Numbered from the stretch's first letter, positions 1 through 11,172 are shown. The stretch is 23,809 nt of DNA from Candidatus Hadarchaeales archaeon (GCA_038872135.1 JAVZGN010000016.1:1-23809); one strand, 5' to 3'. Made by a program: numbers and translations. The notes: generated by a model not told the origin, from the letters alone.

Positions 1-264
1 TTGGAGGAGCTCTTCGAGGTGATTGAGGACAGGAAGAAAAACCCTAGACCTGGTTCCTACACATGCAAACTTCTGGCAACCGGGAAGGCGGGGGCGAAGG
101 TGATGGAAGAGGCCGCAGAGCTTGTGGAAGCAGCGAAAAAGAAGGGGAAAAATGAGATCGTCTACGAGGCCGCCGACCTCCTCTACCACACCTTGGTCCT
201 CCTCGCTGAGAAGGATGTGAAGCTAGATGAGGTGATGGAAGAACTTAGGAGGAGGCGGAAGTAG
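1..264 (+). CDS. hisE: Phosphoribosyl-ATP pyrophosphohydrolase (start may lie upstream of the window)
   Basis: Motifs PGSYT, KVMEEAAE and YEAADLLYH match HisE; directly abuts hisI. Confidence 0.93.
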   Translation: MEELFEVIEDRKKNPRPGSYTCKLLATGKAGAKVMEEAAELVEAAKKKGKNEIVYEAADLLYHTLVLLAEKDVKLDEVMEELRRRRK

Positions 265-666
265 ATGAAGCTATCTAAGGAAGATGCCACAGAGCTTTTG
301 AAAGAGATCAACTTCAGGAATGGTCTTGTTGTTGCAATTGCTCAGGAGAAGAAGACGGGGGAAATCCTCATGGTAGCTTTCCAGGACAGGGAAGCGGTGA
401 TGGAGACTCTCACCACCGGAAGGATGCACTACTGGAGCCGCTCTAGGAAGAGGCTCTGGATGAAGGGTGAAGAGTCCGGCAATGTTCAGGAGGTTGTTGG
501 CGTGAAAATTGACTGTGATGGTGATGCAATTCTCTATGAGGTCAGGCAGAAGGGCGGGGCATGTCATGAGGGTTACCGCTCATGTTTCTTCAGAAAAATT
601 AAAGGCGGGAAATTTATTGTATGGCAGAAAAAGATTTTCAGGCCGGAAAAGGTCTATAGGAAATAA
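265..666 (+). CDS. hisI: Phosphoribosyl-AMP cyclohydrolase
   Basis: YWSRSR..LWMKGEESG, DCDGDA and ACHEGYRSCFF motifs. Confidence 0.96.
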   Translation: MKLSKEDATELLKEINFRNGLVVAIAQEKKTGEILMVAFQDREAVMETLTTGRMHYWSRSRKRLWMKGEESGNVQEVVGVKIDCDGDAILYEVRQKGGACHEGYRSCFFRKIKGGKFIVWQKKIFRPEKVYRK

Positions 667-1501
667 AATCTTTGGGCCCCTCAGGAGGAGTGCACCGCTT
701 CTCAGTCTGGCTCTTCTCATTTCATTTCTTTCCATCACTTTTTCCCTAGGATATTACCTCCTAGCGCTTTCTCCCAGAGAATTCGCCCAGCAGAAAGAGG
801 TCAAAGGGTATGAAAATGACCTGGAGAAACTGGAGACCCTGAATGAGTGGACCATCACCACTCTCTACTGGTCCAACAATCTGAGGGTGGCCGGCATATC
901 AATCATTTTCTTTCCCTCCTACTTTGCAAATGCCATCCAAATCGCGAGCGGGAGATCAATGGGAATGGCGATAGCCTACTTTGATAGAACTGGCGGCTGG
1001 CGGACGGCACTAGCATTCTCGGCCCAGCTTTTTGTTCACGGGATTTTTGAATTCACCGGACTACTCCTTATCTCAGCGGGAACTATGAGGCTCGCGTGGA
1101 GGTTCTGGGAGAGGATTGGTAGAATTAGAAATTTCAAAAAATTTTTCATCAAGCGAAGCATTTCCCCGCAAGTTAAAAGTGAAATTGCAGATGCAGGAGT
1201 TATTTTGCTCTTAGGCCTCTTTTTGATTTTCATTGCAGCTCCAGTGGAAGCATACATCTCTCCAACCGCCGGCGTGTTGTTTTTCTTCGAGCCAGCTCTC
1301 GCCCTGCTTTTTCTGGCCAGCGTCTGCGCAGTTTACCTCTCCATCTTCATTTATGGGCTTCAAGGGATGAAAGCTGCTATGAAGAAGGTCGCGGGCGAAA
1401 CCAAGGAGATTTTTAATGGCAGACTTACATCAAAAAATGCTCCGGTGGTGATCTTCCTCCTAGCGATGATATTATACCTCTCTCGCTATTTCATCCGATA
1501 G
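617..1501 (+). CDS. SpoIIM/DUF95 family integral membrane protein (start uncertain)
   Basis: Multi-pass hydrophobic protein with NN.RV, HGIFE and IAAPVEAYISP motifs. No in-frame ATG just after hisI; in-frame TTG at 617 chosen tentatively. Confidence 0.75.
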   Translation: MYGRKRFSGRKRSIGNKIFGPLRRSAPLLSLALLISFLSITFSLGYYLLALSPREFAQQKEVKGYENDLEKLETLNEWTITTLYWSNNLRVAGISIIFFPSYFANAIQIASGRSMGMAIAYFDRTGGWRTALAFSAQLFVHGIFEFTGLLLISAGTMRLAWRFWERIGRIRNFKKFFIKRSISPQVKSEIADAGVILLLGLFLIFIAAPVEAYISPTAGVLFFFEPALALLFLASVCAVYLSIFIYGLQGMKAAMKKVAGETKEIFNGRLTSKNAPVVIFLLAMILYLSRYFIR

Positions 1502-2555
1502 CTGGGTTTTCTTTACCTATCCCCTCCACCCTTATGAGACTGGGAATTCCAATATCTCCTTCAATGGAAAATTTCACTCCGAGAATTTTTTCGACCAGGG
1601 CAATGTTTGTGAGGGCATGAAGGGTCAGCTTTGATGTCTTTATCTCAGAAACTCCCTTGGCGAGGGCTAGGTATGGAATTAGCTGATCTGTGGTGTGGCT
1701 ATCTACCGGTCCCCCCTCGATCTCTTTCAGCAAGGCTTCTGCCGCTTCCCTTCCCACATGCTCGGCCATCTTCCCCGGCCTTCCGAGAGCACTTCCCCCA
1801 AGAACTGCGCCACCATCGGTTTCAGCCCAAACTGTTATTCCTGTTCCAGGCCCAATTCCTTTTTCATCAGAGACCTCAACTTTTATTTCGACATTTGAAT
1901 AGCCTGCTGCAATGAAAGTTTTTGTTGCAGCGTGGGCCATCCTCCTCCCGATGTGGGCTGGGAGAGAGACGCAGTGAGCAATGCCACTGATCTTAACAAC
2001 ATTTCCAAGATCCAGCAGTTTAACCGGCAAGAGAGCTTTCACAGGGTTTATTTTCGCCTGAATGACCCCATTTCCTTTTGGATAGTGGCCGCGCCTTATG
2101 CACACTACGTCCCCGCTGAAGCCCATCCGTCTGAGGTTTGGAAGGGTCACATTTTTCATGAAATCTATCGGAGGCGCTTGAGGATTGTCAGTTCCTCCAG
2201 TTATCTCCAGCTCCACTTGGCATGGGGAGAATGCTGCGGCTGGCATTATCGCCTGAAGGATGAGTGTGGTCCCTCCCGCCGTGCCTATGTCTACCCTATG
2301 CTTTCCGCCAGCTATTGTTCCTGGAATGAATATTATCTCTTTTGACCCAAGGGCCAGCCCCTCCACTCTCGCGTTGCACAGTTTGGCGACGGCTTCTATC
2401 GCCTTGAGATGTTGCGGGTGAAGGCCGGGCTTCGACCTTCTTGCCCTGATGTTGAAAACTCTTACAGGTTGTTGGCTGACGGCGCTGAGAGAAACCGCGA
2501 CCCTCACCACCGAGCCACCGCCTTCTCCCATTGAGCCGTCTATCTCGATCATCAT
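1491..2555 (-). CDS. rtcA: RNA 3'-terminal phosphate cyclase
   Basis: IDGSMGEGGGS, IRARRSKPGL..QH, RGHYPKGNG, VDSHTTDQLIPY and HALTN motifs. Confidence 0.95.
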   Translation of the reverse strand: MMIEIDGSMGEGGGSVVRVAVSLSAVSQQPVRVFNIRARRSKPGLHPQHLKAIEAVAKLCNARVEGLALGSKEIIFIPGTIAGGKHRVDIGTAGGTTLILQAIMPAAAFSPCQVELEITGGTDNPQAPPIDFMKNVTLPNLRRMGFSGDVVCIRRGHYPKGNGVIQAKINPVKALLPVKLLDLGNVVKISGIAHCVSLPAHIGRRMAHAATKTFIAAGYSNVEIKVEVSDEKGIGPGTGITVWAETDGGAVLGGSALGRPGKMAEHVGREAAEALLKEIEGGPVDSHTTDQLIPYLALAKGVSEIKTSKLTLHALTNIALVEKILGVKFSIEGDIGIPSLIRVEGIGKENPAIG

Positions 2556-2587
2556 CTTTAATAAATTGCTGAGAATAAAAGTCGATT

Positions 2588-2887
2588 GTGGTTGATTTTC
2601 AGCGAAAGGTTCTCGACTTGGTGAAGATGATTCCCAAGGGAAAGGTCACAACCTATCTCGAACTCGCAAAAGCAGCCGGCATCCCAAAAGGCTGGCGGAT
2701 AGTTGCAATGATCCTTTCTAAAAATCCTACCCCAGTTGTAATCCCATGCCATCGGGTGGTTAGGTCAGATGGATCTCTGGGGGGATATATTTTTGGTATA
2801 AAAAAGAAGGCAGAACTTCTTGCATCCGAGGGGATTCCAGTTAGAAACGGAAAGGTTGACCTCAAAAAATACATGTTCTATTTCTAA
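2588..2887 (+). CDS. ogt: O6-methylguanine-DNA methyltransferase family protein (DNA-binding/catalytic domain only)
   Basis: IPKGKVTTY and active-site IPCHRVV motif; 99 aa, GTG start. Confidence 0.88.
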   Translation: MVDFQRKVLDLVKMIPKGKVTTYLELAKAAGIPKGWRIVAMILSKNPTPVVIPCHRVVRSDGSLGGYIFGIKKKAELLASEGIPVRNGKVDLKKYMFYF

Positions 2888-2920
2888 TGTTTTTAAATCT
2901 CAATGATTGGAGCAGCACTT

Positions 2921-4254
<1,334 letters not shown>

Positions 4255-4273
4255 GCTTACCCACTCGATGGGA

Positions 4274-5482
4274 TCAGCAGACCAGATACTTTCCTTCTGC
4301 CAGCTCCTTGCAGAACTGCCCTATGTTGTCCAGCTCCCTTTCGATTATCTCAATGATTTCTCCCCTGACCTCCTCCAGCCTCGTCCCCTTCGTCGGAATC
4401 ACCCTGGCGGCTGCCAGCGCCGGCTGATCAATAGATTTCCCTATCTGGCTCACGAGCCAGATATACACTTCTTTTAACCCCGGGATGTTTTCGTAAACCT
4501 CATTTGCGATTTTGTGGGTGAGAAGGGTGTATATCTTACCCACATGGCTCACTGGATTTTTCCCCGCAGCCGCTTCAGACCCTATGTGCCGGTTGAGGGG
4601 GATAACTCCGTTCGGCCGATTTCCCCTCCCCACTTGCCCAGAATCAGCTCCATCTGCGCTAGTCCCGAGGACTGTGAGGTAGACACCATCAACTCCTCTC
4701 CCCCGAGCATCAAGGGTGTTCAGCTTCATCTCGACATCCAGCCCAGCCGAGTTTTCCTCAACAAACCTTTCTACCCTCTCCAGCACCTCGTCCTTCTTTC
4801 TGAAGTAGTCGGCCTCATCCTCCACAAACCTATCAACGAATGCAGCTCCGATGGTGAGAGAGAGGTGGTTGTTTGTTCTGAATCCCATTATCTTCACATC
4901 CTCCCCGACCTCTGGGAACTCCTTCTTGAAATCTTTAGAGTTCATGAACTGCTCGGTCTTCAGCACAAGCTTCTCGGTTGGCGTCAGCGGCGCATATCCA
5001 ACAGCCGCCGATGTATCGTTAGCTCCAAGGAGTTCCCCCTCCCTCTCAAAGATGTCGGTGAGGGCGGCAGACCCGGGCTTTAGCTCCACCTGATATCTGA
5101 GGTGCTCTTCTGGGTCGACAAACCTGAGATTCTCCTTTATCCACTTCTTGGCGGCAGATATCGCAATGTCTTTCACGGGGATGACCTCCTCTCCAACCCT
5201 GTCTGTCGCCCTGTCTCCAAAGATCAAGAGCATGGGCTGTTTCACCACTCCTCCTCCAAATCTCGTTTCCACCTCCCCCGCCACGAGAAGCGATTTATCC
5301 GCGTTGTGGTGAAGGATTCTCCCGAACCTCCTCAGATACTCTCTGCTCAGCTCAACTGAAACCCTGTCGAGGATGGCATCGCAGATGGAGTCGGGGTGGC
5401 CAATCCCCTTCCTCTCCACAACCTCAAGCTTCTGTTCTTCGAGAGGAACCTCCCGGAATTCCTCGACGGCGATGTTTCTCAT
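4274..5482 (-). CDS. mat: Archaeal-type S-adenosylmethionine synthetase
   Basis: VERKGIGHPDSICD, HHNADK, ANDTS, GEDVKIMG, GQVGRGNR and AGKNPVSHVGKIY motifs. Confidence 0.97.
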   Translation of the reverse strand: MRNIAVEEFREVPLEEQKLEVVERKGIGHPDSICDAILDRVSVELSREYLRRFGRILHHNADKSLLVAGEVETRFGGGVVKQPMLLIFGDRATDRVGEEVIPVKDIAISAAKKWIKENLRFVDPEEHLRYQVELKPGSAALTDIFEREGELLGANDTSAAVGYAPLTPTEKLVLKTEQFMNSKDFKKEFPEVGEDVKIMGFRTNNHLSLTIGAAFVDRFVEDEADYFRKKDEVLERVERFVEENSAGLDVEMKLNTLDARGRGVDGVYLTVLGTSADGADSGQVGRGNRPNGVIPLNRHIGSEAAAGKNPVSHVGKIYTLLTHKIANEVYENIPGLKEVYIWLVSQIGKSIDQPALAAARVIPTKGTRLEEVRGEIIEIIERELDNIGQFCKELAEGKYLVC

Positions 5483-5513
5483 TCTTTCGCCAGGAAATTC
5501 CTACCCTTTTCCA

Positions 5514-5521
5514 TTTATAAG
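5514..5521. promoter_or_regulatory. TATA-like box between divergent mat and the HTH-CBS regulator
   Basis: TTTATAAG (+) / CTTATAAA (-), about 30 nt from both start codons. Confidence 0.55.
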
Positions 5522-5549
5522 TCTTTGCGAGAATATAACTTTCAGGAAT

Positions 5550-6131
5550 ATGCCCTATAAGAGTCTGCTGAAGCCGTCGGAGATAAAGGAGGCGAGGAAA
5601 AGAAGGAGGATCACCCAGACAAAGCTTGCCGAACTCTGCGGTGTGACTCAGCCATACATAGCAAAGATAGAGGCGGGAAAGGCAGACCCAAAGCTATCTA
5701 TCCTTGAGAAGATATCTGAAGTCCTTTCCGACGCTAAAGAGGAGAGCGGTTCTCTTAAAGTTGGAGAGATAATGACTTCCCCGGTGATCTGCGCCAGACC
5801 AGAAGATTCTGTTGAGAAAGTTGTGAGGATGATGGAGAGCAACAACATCTCTCAGCTCCCGGTGGTTGAAGGGGGGGTCCAGGTCGGCTCATTTGCGGAG
5901 ACAACCTTCTTCAGGCGCCTCTCCCAGGGATGGAAGCCACGCCTCCTGCTGAAAGAGAAGATCTCGGAGGTGATGGATGAGCCGCTTCCCTCGGTTAGCG
6001 GAGATGAAGATGTAGATGTTCTTTATATGCTCCTCGAGAAGAACCCCGCAGTTTTGGTGACGGAGAAGGGAAGGGTGAAGGGGATAGTCACAAAGGCGGA
6101 CCTTTTCAAGCTCAGGAGGTATAGAGGATAG
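5550..6131 (+). CDS. XRE-HTH transcriptional regulator with C-terminal CBS pair (COG3620-like)
   Basis: ITQTKLAELCGVTQPYIAKIEAGKADP HTH followed by CBS repeats (IMTSPVI, ISQLPVV, GIVTKADL). Start reset to ATG 5550 because the longer ORF overlaps mat. Confidence 0.9.
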   Translation: MPYKSLLKPSEIKEARKRRRITQTKLAELCGVTQPYIAKIEAGKADPKLSILEKISEVLSDAKEESGSLKVGEIMTSPVICARPEDSVEKVVRMMESNNISQLPVVEGGVQVGSFAETTFFRRLSQGWKPRLLLKEKISEVMDEPLPSVSGDEDVDVLYMLLEKNPAVLVTEKGRVKGIVTKADLFKLRRYRG

Positions 6132-6162
6132 ATTTTTCAACGCATGGGCAGATGTTTTATGA

Positions 6163-6876
6163 ATGCTGATACTGAAAGAGAGGATAATGAAGTGGATTGC
6201 CGGAGATATTACCCTGGCAGAGGACCACGGTGAGAGGCTGAGATATTGGCGGGAGAGATTTGGGCTCAGCCAGACGGAGTTGGCTTCAACGATGAATGTC
6301 TCCCCCTCGGTCATCAGCGATTATGAGGCAGGGAGGAGGAGGTCACCCGGGGCATCTACAGTGAAAAAAATTGTGGAGTCGCTGCTTTCAGTGGATGAGG
6401 CGAGAGGGGGTGCAGTGATATCCTCCCTCTCCAGGGTCTTCGGCGGCCAGATCTCCCCAGACATAGTCCTGGACATGCAGGAGTACGATAAGCCGGTTAG
6501 TGGAAGGACTGTGGTCAAGGCAATTGCAGGGGAGGTGGTGGCAAACAAAGAGCTTCTCGACAGGGAGATCTATGGCTACACAGTTATTGATAGTCTCAAG
6601 GCAATCATGGAGCTTTCCGCGGACGATTTCAGGCGGCTTTACGGGATGACGACAGAAAGAGTCCTCGCCTTCACCAAGGTTTCCGCCGGAAGGTCTCCTA
6701 TGGTGGCTATAAGGGTTATGGGGATAGTCCCGGGAATGGTTGTTCTCCATGGAGAGGTGAAGGAAGTTGATCAGGTTGGAATCAAGATAGCTCAGCTCCT
6801 CAAAGTTCCGCTGGTCGTCTCCAGGTTGCCAACGGCCCAGGAGATGATCGAGGGTCTCAAAAAGTGTTCTGGGTAA
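6163..6876 (+). CDS. XRE-family transcriptional regulator (COG1709-like, archaeal)
   Basis: IAGDITL, LRYWRERFGLSQTELA..MNVSPSVISDYEAGRRRSPG, YGYTVIDS and GRSPMVAIRV motifs. Confidence 0.88.
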   Translation: MLILKERIMKWIAGDITLAEDHGERLRYWRERFGLSQTELASTMNVSPSVISDYEAGRRRSPGASTVKKIVESLLSVDEARGGAVISSLSRVFGGQISPDIVLDMQEYDKPVSGRTVVKAIAGEVVANKELLDREIYGYTVIDSLKAIMELSADDFRRLYGMTTERVLAFTKVSAGRSPMVAIRVMGIVPGMVVLHGEVKEVDQVGIKIAQLLKVPLVVSRLPTAQEMIEGLKKCSG

Positions 6877-6952
6877 CGGCGATTGTCGATATTTTTAACG
6901 TCATCAGAAAGGCTTTTTAGGCTTCCCCCCAAACTTCCACAAAAATGAAAGG

Positions 6953-8008
6953 GTGGAAAAGTTGGGGGTTGGAATAGTCGGCTATGGTGCCTACATCCCG
7001 AGATACAGGATAAAGGTTGAGGAGATAGCGAGAGTCTGGGGGGCAGATCCAGAGACAATAAAGAAGGGGTTGAATGTTTATGAAAAATCTGTCCCGGGGC
7101 TGGATGAAGATACAGCTACCATCGCCGTTGAGGCGGCCAGGAACGCTGTTCAGCATGCCGGGATAAACCCGGCGGAGATAGGAGCCATCTACGTTGGCTC
7201 GGAGTCCCACCCCTATGCTGTGAAACCCACGGCCACAATAGTTGCAGAGGCGATAGAAGCCACCCCAAATCTCACTGCCGCGGACTATGAGTTTGCCTGC
7301 AAGGCCGGGACTGCTGGAATTCAGACAACCATGGGGGAGGTGGCTGCGGGGATGATAAAATATGGAATGGCGATTGGAGCAGACACCTCCCAGGGGGCTC
7401 CCGGGGATCCTCTTGAGTACACCGCTGCCGCTGGCGGGGCAGCGTTCATCATCGGGGGGGATGAGAAGGAGATAATTGCTGAGATAGAGGGGACTGCCTC
7501 CTTCACCACAGACACCCCAGACTTCTGGCGGAGGGAAATGAGGCCATATCCAAAGCATGGGGGGAGGTTCACTGGCAAGCCCGCCTACTTCAAGCATGTT
7601 CTTTCGGCCGCCCACTCCCTCCTCAGAAAGCTGAAGCTCACCCCGAAGGATTTTGCATATGCAGTCTTCCACCAGCCGAATGGAAAGTTTCCGCTTCAGG
7701 CGGCCGAGGAGCTGGGATTCTCAAAGGAGCAGGTGCTACCGGGGCTCCTCACCCCAAAGATTGGGAACACCTATTCCGGGGCCTCGATGCTCGGGCTGGC
7801 GGCGACCCTGGACATCGCGAAACCTGGGGAGAGAATCTTCGTGGTTTCCTATGGATCTGGGGCTGGAAGCGATGCTTTCAGCATCATGGTTAAAGAGCCG
7901 ATAGAGCAGAAGAGGGGGAGAGCACCCACGGTGGCCAGCTATATTGAAAGGAAGACATACATTGATTATGCAACATATGCAAAGTTCAAGAAGATTCTGG
8001 TGAGGTAG
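6953..8008 (+). CDS. Hydroxymethylglutaryl-CoA synthase (archaeal type)
   Basis: [19 protein letters not shown] (catalytic Cys), [16 protein letters not shown] and SYGSGAGSD motifs. Confidence 0.95.
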   Translation: MEKLGVGIVGYGAYIPRYRIKVEEIARVWGADPETIKKGLNVYEKSVPGLDEDTATIAVEAARNAVQHAGINPAEIGAIYVGSESHPYAVKPTATIVAEAIEATPNLTAADYEFACKAGTAGIQTTMGEVAAGMIKYGMAIGADTSQGAPGDPLEYTAAAGGAAFIIGGDEKEIIAEIEGTASFTTDTPDFWRREMRPYPKHGGRFTGKPAYFKHVLSAAHSLLRKLKLTPKDFAYAVFHQPNGKFPLQAAEELGFSKEQVLPGLLTPKIGNTYSGASMLGLAATLDIAKPGERIFVVSYGSGAGSDAFSIMVKEPIEQKRGRAPTVASYIERKTYIDYATYAKFKKILVR

Positions 8009-9172
8009 ATGAGAAAGGTTGCCGTCATCGGGGTTGGGTTGACAAAGTTTGGGGAGCTCTGGGATGTCTCCTTCAGGGAGATGATGCTGGAGGCCGGGAT
8101 CAGGGCTCTGGAGGATGCTGGAATAGATGGGAAGCTCATCGATGCAATGTACATCGGGAACATGTCGGCTGGGCAGTTCATCCATCAGGAGCATGTGGCG
8201 TCCCTCATAGCCGATAACGCTGGGTTGACCCCCGTGCCAGCCACCAGGGTTGAGGCCGCATGCGGCTCGGGGGGGCTAGCCCTGAGGCAGGCATTCATCG
8301 CAGTGGCCTCAGGACTCCACGATTTTGTTGTTGCGGGCGGGATAGAGAAGATGACAGATCTGATGACGGCTGGGACTGTGGGAGCGCTGGCGACGGCAGC
8401 CGACCAAGAGTGGGAGGTCTACAATGGGGCGACATTTCCGAGCATCTATGCTTTGATGGCCAGGCGCCACATGTATGAGTTTGGGACAACGGAGGAGCAG
8501 ATGGCAATGGTCGCCGTCAAAAATCATCACAACGCATGCTTGAACCCCTGCGCCCAGTATCACATGGAGATCACGGTTGAGACTGTGATGAAGTCGCCCC
8601 CGGTGGCAACACCGCTGAAGCTCCTCGACTGCTCCCCGATTTCCGATGGGGCGGCCTGCGTAGTCCTGGCCCCCTTGGAAAAGGCGAGGATGTACACAGA
8701 TGTTCCGGTGGTCATTGAGGGAAGCGGGCAGGCGAGTGATTACATCTCCCTTCACAGCCGCGCCTCTCTAACAACCCTTGCAGCAACTGTCAATGCAGCC
8801 CAGAAAGCATATGCCATGGCTGGAGTCGGGCCAGAGGACATCGATCTTGCGGAGGTCCACGATTGCTTTACAATTGCCGAGATAATGGCAATTGAGGACC
8901 TTGGCTTCTGCAAAAAAGGGGAAGGAGGAAAGCTCACAGAGGAGGGTGTCACGGCAAGGGATGGGAAAATTCCGGTGAATGTGAGCGGGGGGCTGAAGGG
9001 GAAGGGGCATCCCGTTGGAGCCACAGGGATAGCTCAGGCGGCGGAAATTGTTTTGCAGCTTAGAGGGGAGGCTGGAAAGAGGCAGGTGAATGGGGCGGAA
9101 ATAGGACTCACTCACAATGTTGGTGGCTCGGGGGGAACGGCGGTGGTCCACATCTTCAGGAGGGGTGATTGA
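8009..9172 (+). CDS. Acetoacetyl-CoA thiolase (thiolase domain protein)
   Basis: [25 protein letters not shown] and GHPVGATG motifs; lies between HMG-CoA synthase and DUF35. Confidence 0.95.
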   Translation: MRKVAVIGVGLTKFGELWDVSFREMMLEAGIRALEDAGIDGKLIDAMYIGNMSAGQFIHQEHVASLIADNAGLTPVPATRVEAACGSGGLALRQAFIAVASGLHDFVVAGGIEKMTDLMTAGTVGALATAADQEWEVYNGATFPSIYALMARRHMYEFGTTEEQMAMVAVKNHHNACLNPCAQYHMEITVETVMKSPPVATPLKLLDCSPISDGAACVVLAPLEKARMYTDVPVVIEGSGQASDYISLHSRASLTTLAATVNAAQKAYAMAGVGPEDIDLAEVHDCFTIAEIMAIEDLGFCKKGEGGKLTEEGVTARDGKIPVNVSGGLKGKGHPVGATGIAQAAEIVLQLRGEAGKRQVNGAEIGLTHNVGGSGGTAVVHIFRRGD

Positions 9173-9570
9173 TGAGCGTTGCGAGGTTCTGGAGGGAAAT
9201 CCCGAGCAGATATAATTTCATTGGCTCCAAGTGTGGCAACTGCAATAAAGTGATGTTCCCGCCAAGGTTCATCTGCCCCTACTGCAGGAGAACTGGGAAG
9301 ATCGAGCCGTACAAGTTGAGCAGGTTCGGGAAGATTTTGTCATATACCGTGGTGCATGTGGCAGCTGAGGGTTTTGAAAGCCAGACACCATATATCCTCG
9401 CCATCGTTGAGCTTGACGATGGACCGAGGATAACAACCCAGGTAACGGACTGCGATCCTTCTGAGGTTAAAATTGGTGACAGGGTTGAGATGATCTTCAG
9501 GAGGATGGGGGAGGAAGGGGAAGAGGGCGTGATTTACTACGGGTATAAGGCCAGAAGAATAAGTGGCTGA
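9169..9570 (+). CDS. DUF35 Zn-ribbon/OB-fold scaffold protein of the thiolase/HMGCS complex
   Basis: CxxC...FPPRxxCPxC zinc ribbon followed by OB fold and IYYGYK. Confidence 0.93.
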   Translation: MMSVARFWREIPSRYNFIGSKCGNCNKVMFPPRFICPYCRRTGKIEPYKLSRFGKILSYTVVHVAAEGFESQTPYILAIVELDDGPRITTQVTDCDPSEVKIGDRVEMIFRRMGEEGEEGVIYYGYKARRISG

Positions 9571-9625
9571 GCCCTGTCTGCCTCCCACCATTTATAAACT
9601 TTCAAACAGCATCATCTTTGAAAAG

Positions 9626-10369
9626 ATGGGAGGGAAGTCAAAAGTTGTGGGGTTTTTCGAGAAGGTTGGAGGGGCAGTGCTGGGTGCTGGAGCGCTACCA
9701 AAGAAAGTCAAGGAAACCATCAGGAAAAGAAGGGGGATGGAGAAGCCGAGAATCCCAAGGGTCTTGAGGGGTTATTTTGAGAAGCGCCATGCCGGTGTTC
9801 CTGAATATGTGATGTTCAAGGCCCAGATGGCGATTTTGCTTCTCTTCATCCTGACGGCTGTTCACATAGTCTTCTTCTATGAGCAGTGGTGGGCGTTTCT
9901 CCCCGCGATAGCCATCGTCACAGGATATCTTCTCCTGCTTGCAGCGACTCAGGTAAAATTCGCTTTTCCCCAAGATTATCCCGCATACCGGAGTTTTCTT
10001 TTGATGTGCATTTCAATCGCATGGGTCTTCCTCCTGGCGCTTAGATTTTTCCCGCTGACGCCCTCTCTGGAAAATCTCAATCTTGTGATGATTCCTCCGT
10101 TCGTGGCTATTGGTTTTGTGATGGTGGCGTTTGTGGTGTTCAGGTTCAGGTATGGGCGAAATTTCACATATGGTGTTGTCGAGCAGATGAGAAAAGGAAA
10201 GGTTGTGGTCAGGGTTGGCTATGATATCTGTAGCAACGTTAAGGCGGGGATATATGTGGTGGACAGTTTTGTTAAGGTGAAAAGAGGGGAGAGGGTGAAG
10301 CTTAGCGTTGAGCGGCCACTCCTTGGATTAAAGGGATCAAGAGTTGTGGCGGTCATTGGAAAGGCGTAA
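9626..10369 (+). CDS. DUF2101-like membrane protein
   Basis: Four hydrophobic segments, DYPAYRSF, FRFRYGRNFTYGVV and YDI.SNVKAG.Y motifs (recalled family similarity). TTTATAAA at 9591-9598 supports ATG 9626. Confidence 0.72.
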   Translation: MGGKSKVVGFFEKVGGAVLGAGALPKKVKETIRKRRGMEKPRIPRVLRGYFEKRHAGVPEYVMFKAQMAILLLFILTAVHIVFFYEQWWAFLPAIAIVTGYLLLLAATQVKFAFPQDYPAYRSFLLMCISIAWVFLLALRFFPLTPSLENLNLVMIPPFVAIGFVMVAFVVFRFRYGRNFTYGVVEQMRKGKVVVRVGYDICSNVKAGIYVVDSFVKVKRGERVKLSVERPLLGLKGSRVVAVIGKA

Positions 10370-10375
10370 AAATAG

Positions 10376-11128
10376 CTAGGTTAACAGCGCAATCATCGCC
10401 GCCAGATATATGTCCCCAAAAAATATCCCTGCTAGGAGTCCAGCTCCGAGGGCTGGAGCGTAAGGGATTCCCCGTTTGAGCTTTATGCGATTTTCTAGCT
10501 TACCGTCCTTCACAAGTTTCTTCAGAGCCGCTATTTGGCGATTGGTGAGCCCCGCAGCCTTGTTGGGATCGGCATAGATTTTCACGCCCGATGGCTTCAT
10601 CCCCAGCCAAGACTTCCCCCTGAATACTTTTCCACCTTTCTCATATACAATCTCGGCCGGGATCATTCCTTCCTTTAGCTCTGTTATTTTTTTCTCCTCA
10701 TACAGAAATCCCAGCCCCCTCGCTTTTCTGAATATTGCGTAAATCAAAAGAATAGGGAGCATGATCAACACAGAGTTGAAGAGGATTGTGATTGGAAAGG
10801 GATAAACTAGGGCCATAGTTGATGGCGGAGTGTAGAATGGGATGAGTGCACCATACCCTGTGAACAGTTTGACATCTCCACCGGCCCATCCTCCTGTGAG
10901 CCACATTCCATAGCCGATCGCGAAGGAGATTCCCGCGCCGAGAAATCCAGAAATTGCCTTCCAGAAGTTAAGATGCCAGATGCCGTCGAGGAGGTTTAGC
11001 AGGAGGCCAGCGATTATCATCGGGTATGTGAGCCTGTTGGGGATAATCCGGCTTTTCAAATCGGTGTAAATTGCCACACATGTACCACCGATGGCGATGG
11101 CTGTTGCGGCTGTTGTGAAATCTATCAC
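10376..11128 (-). CDS. A24 family prepilin peptidase (EppA/FlaK/PibD-like)
   Basis: Catalytic aspartates in YTDLKSRIIPN and WAGGDVKLF, C-terminal GIPYAP; adjacent to pilin genes. Confidence 0.92.
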   Translation of the reverse strand: MIDFTTAATAIAIGGTCVAIYTDLKSRIIPNRLTYPMIIAGLLLNLLDGIWHLNFWKAISGFLGAGISFAIGYGMWLTGGWAGGDVKLFTGYGALIPFYTPPSTMALVYPFPITILFNSVLIMLPILLIYAIFRKARGLGFLYEEKKITELKEGMIPAEIVYEKGGKVFRGKSWLGMKPSGVKIYADPNKAAGLTNRQIAALKKLVKDGKLENRIKLKRGIPYAPALGAGLLAGIFFGDIYLAAMIALLT

Positions 11129-11172
11129 AAAATCTACTTGACGTGGAAAGATAAATAGCGTAGGATTATTGA

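Noticed and set aside
5373-5549. N-terminal extension of the 252-aa ORF
   Set aside because: Overlaps mat on the opposite strand and the promoter spacer; the HTH domain starts after ATG 5550
6917-7672. 251-aa minus-strand ORF, and similar long antisense ORFs such as 4514-5083, 15404-16102, 17882-18487 and 21503-22042
   Set aside because: They overlap clearly identified genes on the other strand and have no recognisable motifs
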